Of a DNA stretch of 64,000 nucleotides, positions 56,532 to 64,000 are shown piece after piece. Origin of the DNA: an uncultured virus (IMG/VR IMGVR_UViG_2061766007_000877) (Duplodnaviria; Heunggongvirae; Uroviricota; Caudoviricetes); IMG/VR virus record IMGVR_UViG_2061766007_000877; one strand, written 5' to 3'. Within the stretch, counting starts at the first letter, position 1, and every line of letters starts with the position of its first letter. The notes beneath the pieces were generated by a model. It did no database searches, had not been told where the DNA came from, and saw only the letters and a list, made by a program, of their open reading frames with translations. Both the position numbers and the translations under genes were made by a program.

Positions 56532-58046
56532 ATGATAGATAAAAATTATACTCTTACTGATATACAGAAAGATGCAGTCGAAAGATTGAAGCAATTTTCC
56601 GCACACATTGTTGCATTGTCGCCTGGGTGCGGAAAGACTTTGCTTATACTTGACTTAATTTCACAGCTGCTTGAAGATAACAACGATAAGTGCCTGTTCT
56701 TTATTCCTAAATCAGCACGAGCAGCATTTGAAAAAGAAATGCGTAATCGCATTAAGCAAGATTACATTTTAATATGTGCAGGAAAGAATTTTTCATACAG
56801 TGAAATGGCAAAGCATAGATTCATATTTGTTGAGAACACATTAGTCAGCAAGTATGTAGAAGATCTTGTTTCATTAGCAAATACAAATACATGTCACCTT
56901 GTAATAGATGAAGCACATTCATTGCAGAATCCTGAATCAGTGTTCTGTAAAGCTGCATGGGAGATTCGCTGTTATTGTAAAAGAATATATGCAATGACAG
57001 CAACACCATTGTTAAATTCAATAGAGGGCTTATTTAACCTCTATCATTTTGTATATCCGCGCACATTTGTTTCATGGTTCAGATTTCGTGCAAGATATTG
57101 TATTACACAAGAACACATTATAAAAATGAAGAACCGTAACGGTGCACTTATACAACGCAAGGTAACTGAAATTGTTGGCTATCAAAATATGCAGGAATTG
57201 AATGAGACTCTTGACAAGCTAACAATTAAAGGCTGTGTTCATTATAATGTGAACTTTAACTTTTTAGAGTGCCCATTAGACGAGCAAAGTGAAAAAGCAT
57301 ACCGCTTTGCCTCAAACGGATTATTTGACATTCTATATCACCNNNNNNNNNNNNNNNNNNNNNNNNNNAAAAAACCAACTGATAACATATCTGAAAATCA
57401 AAAGGATTTTGGAAGCAGAGTACATGATCTTCAAAGATGTGTAGATGGGTGTGATACTGGTGATAATGACCCATTATTTGTTTCAAATAAAACAAAGTTG
57501 CTTATTGAACAGTTGATTAAGATAATGAGTAGCAATGAATCTGTGCTTGTTTATTTTGAGTATAAAGATTCATTAGAGATGGTTGAAAGAATTCTTCTTG
57601 ATAAGCAACAAGAAATCGGATTTACAAAGATATACCGCCTAACAGGTGATGAGAAAGAAGATACTCGTGCAAAGATAGAATCTAATCTTGGTCTCAAAGA
57701 GATTGTTTTATGTTCACAGGCTGCCTCTCAATCACGAAATTTGCAAAGGGCAAATAATTTAATTTTGTGGAACGTTCCTTGGTCAATCGGAAGAGTAATA
57801 CAGGTTTGCGGAAGAATCTGCAGAGTTGATACATCATACGATCATCAAAACCTTATTACATTAACTGTTAAAGATACTATTGATGATTACAAGGTTACAC
57901 TGTTTAAAGATCACTTATCACTTATTTCAAAGTTGCTTGGTGATGAAGGCACTGGGGTTTTAACCGATTGCGAATATCTAGACATAGATAGATCCAATAT
58001 GAAGGAACTTAAGAACAGTTTACTATGGCGTCGAAATAAGAGGTAA
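56532..58046 (+). CDS. SF2 (SNF2-like) helicase
   Basis: SPGCGKT, DEAH, TATP, SRNLQ, QVCGRICR. Confidence 0.88.
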   Translation: MIDKNYTLTDIQKDAVERLKQFSAHIVALSPGCGKTLLILDLISQLLEDNNDKCLFFIPKSARAAFEKEMRNRIKQDYILICAGKNFSYSEMAKHRFIFVENTLVSKYVEDLVSLANTNTCHLVIDEAHSLQNPESVFCKAAWEIRCYCKRIYAMTATPLLNSIEGLFNLYHFVYPRTFVSWFRFRARYCITQEHIIKMKNRNGALIQRKVTEIVGYQNMQELNETLDKLTIKGCVHYNVNFNFLECPLDEQSEKAYRFASNGLFDILYHXXXXXXXXXKKPTDNISENQKDFGSRVHDLQRCVDGCDTGDNDPLFVSNKTKLLIEQLIKIMSSNESVLVYFEYKDSLEMVERILLDKQQEIGFTKIYRLTGDEKEDTRAKIESNLGLKEIVLCSQAASQSRNLQRANNLILWNVPWSIGRVIQVCGRICRVDTSYDHQNLITLTVKDTIDDYKVTLFKDHLSLISKLLGDEGTGVLTDCEYLDIDRSNMKELKNSLLWRRNKR

Positions 58047-58048
58047 TT

Positions 58049-59344
58049 ATGGCAATTAACATATCAGGTTATGTACAAGTTTGCGAGTATATGATAATAG
58101 ATCCTTCTAAAAGGAAGGATAAGCCGGGTAGAAATTTACTTAACGCTTTTAAGTGTGGCCCGTCACCTGCAGTTATTAGTGATGGCAAGGTTATTGTAGA
58201 TGATAATTTACAATCACAAGATAGCGAAGAATCTCCACAAGAAGGAAATAACAATCAGCAGGGCAATGATTCCGGTGCTCAGCAAAATGATTCACAGCCT
58301 GTAGGAAATAATGCAGAAGGAAGTAATGAAGAAGGCGGTAATGCAGAAGGCGGTAATGAGAGTTACCATTATTCAATTCTTGAGTCATATCTAAATTTGA
58401 AGCCTATGTTTGAAGATGGTGAAACTTCAGACAGTGGTGGTAATGACTCTTCAGACTCAGGTGGCAGCGATGCATCAGATTCTGGTAGTAGTGATTCTTC
58501 AGATTCTGGTAGTAATGATACATCAGATTCTTCAGATAGTCATGATTCAGGTAATAACAATTCTGAATCTGATGATAACAAGTCTGATTCTAACGACGAT
58601 AAAGAAGATAGCTTTAAACCAGGGCCACACATGTATGTTCAAGTGCTTCTTCCTAAAGAGGGATGTACTGTCTGGCATCTTGTGTTAGATAGCCGTGCTG
58701 ATAAAGAGGCTGTTCGTAAAGCACTTATGTCAAAGAAATTCAAATCAGCATATACTATTGCTAGTAAAGATATAGGTGATGATGGCATTGTTCCTTTGTC
58801 AGCCACAACATATATGTATAAAAAGTCAGATGCTAATGCTCCATTTGTTGGTTATTGCAACTATGCAATGGATTCAGGTTCAGAAAAGGCAGAAGAAGAT
58901 TCAGATACTGTTATTATTGCTATTGCACCGTTTGATGGTAGAGGTGCACCAAGTGGTAAACCTGGAAAGCCTAATGAAGATACTGTATTTAGAGCGGTGT
59001 ATAATATTATAAATGCAGATAAGTTAACAGACGGTGCAATTAGTAAGTTAAAGAATCAAAAACCTAAAGAGGGCGATGATGAAGAAGACGATCGTAGACA
59101 TTATAGAGATGATGACGACGAGAAAGATGCATCTGGCTCAACATCAGCTTTAGTAAGTAAATGGCTTAACAGTAAATTTGAGTGTGTTGGTAATTATTCA
59201 ACATACGATAACTTTAATAAATTAAGAGCCTTTGTCTTAGCACAGGTTACAGCAAAGAATCTTTCATACGATGAAACGGCATCACACGCACCGCTTAAAT
59301 ATTCAAAGATTACAGAAGTTAAAAAGAGTCTTATATTCTATTAA
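58049..59344 (+). CDS. hypothetical protein with Ser/Asp/Gly/Asn low-complexity repeats
   Basis: DSSDSG-type repeats at ~58420-58610; duplicated gaaggcggtaatg. Confidence 0.65.
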   Translation: MAINISGYVQVCEYMIIDPSKRKDKPGRNLLNAFKCGPSPAVISDGKVIVDDNLQSQDSEESPQEGNNNQQGNDSGAQQNDSQPVGNNAEGSNEEGGNAEGGNESYHYSILESYLNLKPMFEDGETSDSGGNDSSDSGGSDASDSGSSDSSDSGSNDTSDSSDSHDSGNNNSESDDNKSDSNDDKEDSFKPGPHMYVQVLLPKEGCTVWHLVLDSRADKEAVRKALMSKKFKSAYTIASKDIGDDGIVPLSATTYMYKKSDANAPFVGYCNYAMDSGSEKAEEDSDTVIIAIAPFDGRGAPSGKPGKPNEDTVFRAVYNIINADKLTDGAISKLKNQKPKEGDDEEDDRRHYRDDDDEKDASGSTSALVSKWLNSKFECVGNYSTYDNFNKLRAFVLAQVTAKNLSYDETASHAPLKYSKITEVKKSLIFY

Positions 59345-59420
59345 ACCTATAATATAGTTTTGTGTATATACGTCATGGCACTCTGCTGTACCATGACGTA
59401 TTTTTGTATAAGGGAACGAC

Positions 59421-60919
59421 ATGATTCAAATTGTTAAATCGCTATTAGGCAGTAGTGATGTTGAATTTTATAATGAACTTCAAGTAATTCTTTCAGACGA
59501 AAACAAGAACATCCTATCAGAAGATGAACGAGAAGTTTTTAGGTATCTTGATAGAGAGTTCAAGAACAACAAGCAATTCCCAACAGAAGCTATATTCTTA
59601 TCAAAGTTTTCACAATATGGTTACCAACTAAATGAAGTAGAGCCATTCTCAATATCTGATCTTAGTTATTACAGAAAACAGTTCATAACAAAGCATCAGA
59701 ACATACATAAATCAAAAATCTTACAAAAGATGGCTGCACAGGCTGNNNNNNNNNNNNNNNNNNNNNNNNNNNNNNNNNNNNNNNNNNNGCAATTCGTAAA
59801 CAGGCATCTTTTGATACAGATGTTGAAGAGGCGCCTTTATCTTTTCGTGAAAGATACACGAAAAGTATGAAAGATAACGCGGGTCTTAAAACATTTGTAG
59901 ATCAGATAGATGATGAAANNNNNNNNNNNNNNNNNNNNNNNNNNNNNNNNNNNNNNNNNNNNNNNNNNNNNTTCAAAACTACATGGGCTGCAAATATGGC
60001 AATTAAGAATGCGCTTCTTGGAAAGAACATTGCATATATTTCATTAGAAGTTTCAAAAGAACAGCTTGAATATTCAGTAATGAGCTTGTTTTCAAATGAT
60101 ACTCGTTTTACGAGAATGGGATATCACCCATTAGAGCTTAAAAAGATTATACAGAATAAATTATATGAAGATGAATTGAACTTCTTATGTGATGTACTTG
60201 AACCTGAATATCGTCGTGTTATTGAACCTCACTTTAGAATCATTGATAGATCATGTTTCAAATCGTATGGCGAAAGCGAGTTTGTAGATGTATTATATCG
60301 TATTGACGATGAAATGCCTATTGATGCAATTTTTGTAGATCACGTTGGCGAACTTGCTTTAAGAAGCCCATTGTATAATGGTAATAACACAGGTGCTATT
60401 ATCAATAAGTATGTTTCATTTTTTGGCGAATTGACAGTTGACTTTCGAAAGAAAGATGGTCAAAAAAGACAAGTGACAACTGTATTAGTAGCACAGACAA
60501 ACAGAAGTGGTTGGAAAGAAGCGTTTGCATCTTTTAAAAAATTATCAATGGTGAATCGTCCTGGAGATAAAAATAAATCACTTAACACACAGGTTGAAGG
60601 TTATAGGTTAACAGCATTATCAGATTCAAATGAGCTTGAGCGATTCTCAAATATTGTCATGTCTGTATTTGCAAATGACGATATGAAGGCAGCAAATCAG
60701 GCGTATGTGCAGGTTCTTAAGACGAGATATGGAAATAATGTTCCACCAACACCTGTTGACATAGATCCTAAATTTTATTCATTTGGTGGAGATGCATCAG
60801 TTGATGAATCTGAATTATCAGCTGATCTTGTTGACTCATTATCATCCTGTGCTGCAAATTATGGATCAGCANNNNNNNNNNNNNAATCAAATAGCTTTGA
60901 TGATAATTTCGGTCTCTAA
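59421..60919 (+). CDS. DnaB-family replicative helicase (T4 gp41-like), joined across gap
   Basis: (masked)KTT, YISLE, FVDH, AQTNR, ELERFS, LKTRYG. Confidence 0.85.
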
Positions 60920-60929
60920 TAATCATTTT

Positions 60930-60967
60930 AATCACCACATTCAGAAGTTTGAATTGTGGTGATTTTT
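60930..60967 (+). terminator. intrinsic terminator
   Basis: AATCACCACA..TGTGGTGATT plus T tract. Confidence 0.75.
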
Positions 60968-61002
60968 CTATTATATCTATTACTATGAACTAGAGTGTCA
61001 TT

Positions 61003-62147
61003 ATGGATTTACCTAATGAAATAATCAACACAAAATTAGAACTTAATACAGCACTTATGGGAAAACTTAGAGTAGATCTTGATAGTTTAAAAGACACGTT
61101 TATCGGTAAGACATTTGGTATGCTTACAGTCATTGATGTGTTTAGAGATGCTAATAACAATAATTGTTTTACATTTACATGTAAGTGTAAATGCGGTACT
61201 ATAAAAAACATCTCAAAGTCTAACTTATTAGGTGGCAGAGTAAATTCATGTGGCTGTTATAGATACACTAAAGAGTGCCATGATAAACAATACGCATGGT
61301 ATAAAGACAGCAGTAAAGTTGATGCCCGTAATACGAAGTGCAGGGAATGGTGTAGAAATAATTATGAAAAGGTTTTAGAAACTGCTGCATTTAATAAGCA
61401 ATCTAGAATAGACAACCCTGATAAGTTTGCAAATATTGCAGATCNNNNNNNNNNNNNNNNNNNNNNNNNNNCGATTTCACCGCTTTAAAAGATTTTGTTA
61501 GTAATGAAACTTTTAATAGGCTGTGTAATGGAGAAATCACTACTAAGGATAGCATATTAGTTAGATGCCCTGTGTGCAGTGAGTATCATGAGTGTATAAT
61601 GCATAATGTGTTTCACACAAATAAAAGTGAACTTAGAAGTGGGCATATACCAATGTGTAGTAACTGCAAATGCTTACTTACTACATCACAGTACGAGAGA
61701 GAAATTGAAGCCTATGTGTCAACTTTTTATACTGGTAAGTGTATAAGAAACTCACGTAGCATAATTTATCCGCTTGAGTTAGATTTGTATTATCCTGAAA
61801 AGAAAATTGCCATTGAATATAATGGCAGCTATTGGCACTCAACAGAATTTAAAGATAAGAATTATCATTATAATAAGTTTATCTCATGCAAACAGCTAGG
61901 CATTTTGTTAGTTNNNNNNNNNNNNNNNNNNNNNNNNNNNNNNNACTCTATTAAAATGTACCTAGCAGATACTTTTTCAGATAAAGAAAATAAAATATCA
62001 TTCACTGATGACATGTCTCTAATGAACAATAATTACCCGTCACCTAAAAGGTATCAATTCGTTAGTGAGCATATTGATAACTATACTGATTACAGAAACT
62101 ATAAGATTTACGATTGTGGTTATTCAAAAGTTTGTAGTTTATTATAG
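61003..62147 (+). mobile_element. free-standing homing endonuclease-like gene (Zn-binding repeats plus PD-(D/E)XK/Vsr-like domain), joined across gap
   Basis: IGKTFGMLTV..CKCKCG..SCGC, CPVC, CSNC; ELDLYYPEKKIAIEYNGSYWH. Confidence 0.7.
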
Positions 62148-62158
62148 GATATATAATT

Positions 62159-62603
62159 ATGCTTACTAATGACTTGTATAGTACAAAATTAGAGCTTAAC
62201 GTCATAGATTATTTTTGTACTTTTGAATGGCTATTGAGTTATGTAGGAATTGATTTTCCTAAAGAATCCTCTACTTGCTTCTGCCCTTTTCACGATAATA
62301 CTCATACAAAAGCTGCTAAGTTTTATAAAGAANNNNNNNNNNNNNNNNNNNNNNNNNNNNNNNNGTTTTGCTGAAGGCAAGCAATACAAGCCACATCATC
62401 TGCTAACAATGGAAATTGTTCCATTCACTGTAAATCATGTCTTCTCTGCTATTTGGGCTAATTTATCAGATGAAGAAAAAAGTATTTTCTCTGATGACTT
62501 AAAAGAGTATCAGGTAGGAAAAGATTTTAGCAAGTATTATGATAGTTACAAAAAGTGCAAATTAAAATACTTTGATTTATTATCTATTCTTAGGAATTCC
62601 TGA
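62159..62603 (+). CDS. stand-alone CHC2 zinc-finger (primase zinc-binding domain) protein
   Basis: CFCPFHDNTHTK; second CxxC probably in the gap. Confidence 0.7.
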
Positions 62604-62637
62604 AATGCAATCTTAACATGTTAAGGAGATAGGAAAT

Positions 62638-64000
62638 ATGATTAAAAATGAGACTAGGGAGTCTGCACATTTAAAGTCCCGCGTTAAAGACCTTTCTGTG
62701 GTCCCAAATCTAGTAAGCTTCACTGGCTTATTCACTGCTATCACTCCTATTGCAAAATTAGAGAAGAATCCTGATACTGGTTGTTACGATCCTATTCTAA
62801 TTCGTGATACAGATAGCTTAATTGCAAATTTTGGTGATCCTCGTATTGACCCTGAAAAATATATTGACCTTTACAGCATTATGCAGGTTGTTGGTAATGG
62901 TACCTCTTGCTATGTAGCAAAAGTTGATTCAGGCCCAACCGGTATTTACGAGTTTGTATTAGTTGAAGAAAAGAATGTTATTGATGAAGCTAATATAGCA
63001 GCTGATTTAGANNNNNNNNNNNNNNNNNNNNNNNNNNNNNNNNGTGGTTTACATAATGAGTATTCAATAATAAAAATTATTGCACACCCATCACAAGACG
63101 CTAAAGCCTCTGCAGAAACAAGTAAGACTGTTGATTCTACAACATATACCATCACATATACAGCTGTCGATAACGGCAGTGAACTTAATGGGCATAAAGT
63201 ATCAATCCATGCTAAAGACGGTGCACCTTCAGTTTATGTTGTCGATTTAAAAGATGAAAATGGTGCATCAACCACCTATGATATTGACACTTCTGGTGAA
63301 ACACCAAGTTTACCATCAGATGCAAAGATAACATTGAGTGGTTGGGCATCCGCCGCTGGCCCAATAGACNNNNNNNNNNNNNNNNNNNNNNNNNNNNNNN
63401 NCTTCAGCTGATCCAGATCAGAGAGATTGGGAACTAGACAATGTAGCTACAAATTTTGAAAACGACACAACAGCTGGCCATGAAGGTGAAAAGATACTTA
63501 CAGTTAGTGTGTTAGGTGATAGAGCTCCAGGCAGTATAACGATTCAAAGTGCAGAACTTGATCCTGAATATGGTAGAGAAAAGTTTGGCCAGGAAACTCC
63601 AACTTCTCAATTAGATGACGTTTTACGCCAGCACACAGACACTGGTGAAAAAGATCCTTATCACGGTAAGACTGTTTATGAAAGTAGATGGCTAAATCGC
63701 AAGTATAATATCATTGACATTAAAGACGGTACAACAACCATCTCACATGATAACTACACAGTTGCATGGGATAGCAAAGACGGTAAATATATTTTAAGAG
63801 TTGTATTTGAAAGTGGTGCAGCTCCAGCTGGAACAGTTACAATTGGCGCTGTTGCTCGTGAAGATAAAGCAATTATTGCATACTCTTCAATGGCTGAACC
63901 TCTTGAGATTAAATACACATTAACACAGGCAAAACCATACTCATTGAAGTTATTTTATCTAAATGTTGACGCGGTTAGTAATGGCAATAAGTTAGGGTCA
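62638..64000 (+). CDS. tail sheath protein (T4 gp18-like N-terminus), runs off the window
   Basis: AAGGAG RBS; PILIRDTDSLIANFGDP, GNGTSCYVAKV. Confidence 0.7.

Noticed and set aside
5043..60919. Inteins or introns in recA or the helicases
   Set aside because: Protein lengths are normal and no splice motifs were seen
898..63155. Short minus-strand and nested ORFs in the track
   Set aside because: They shadow well-supported + strand genes and show no recognisable motifs; only the radical SAM gene is credible
1..64000. Alternative genetic code (TAG or TGA reassignment)
   Set aside because: Very long ORFs are open in code 11, and TAG and TGA end clear genes (for example portal, recA, radical SAM)
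1..64000. Programmed frameshifts or pseudogenes at ORF breaks
   Set aside because: Nearly all frame changes coincide with N runs of uncertain length

Overview
The window is 64 kb of a large, AT-rich, T4-superfamily-type contractile-tailed (myovirus) phage genome, almost all on the + strand. Recognisable core genes are portal, prohead protease, major capsid, neck gp13/gp14-like, tail terminator, tail tube, two tail-sheath-like genes, RecA/UvsX, DnaB-type helicase, SF2/SNF2 helicase, 5'-3' exonuclease, primase parts and an SbcC/gp46 C-terminal half. Head, tail and replication genes are interleaved rather than in T4 order. Many apparent ORF breaks fall on N gaps, and I joined genes across those gaps where the downstream frame is open. 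The most unusual part is about 31 kb (10.9-42.4 kb) of fibre and putative receptor-binding genes built from several paralogous families: a duplicated anchor gene, a triplicated partner gene with a constant N-terminus and swapped C-termini, three genes sharing a C-terminal motif, and two adjacent genes with a near-identical 62-nt 5' end but unrelated bodies. Other observations are a primase whose zinc-binding and TOPRIM domains are separate genes ~61 kb apart, a homing-endonuclease-like gene carrying a copy of the N-terminus of the gene after it, a lone antisense radical-SAM gene bracketed by a duplicated hairpin, a candidate late promoter (TATATCAA(A)TA) with a candidate cognate sigma/Mor-like factor, and an ankyrin-repeat gene. 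All family calls come from motif recognition by eye; no database searches were run.
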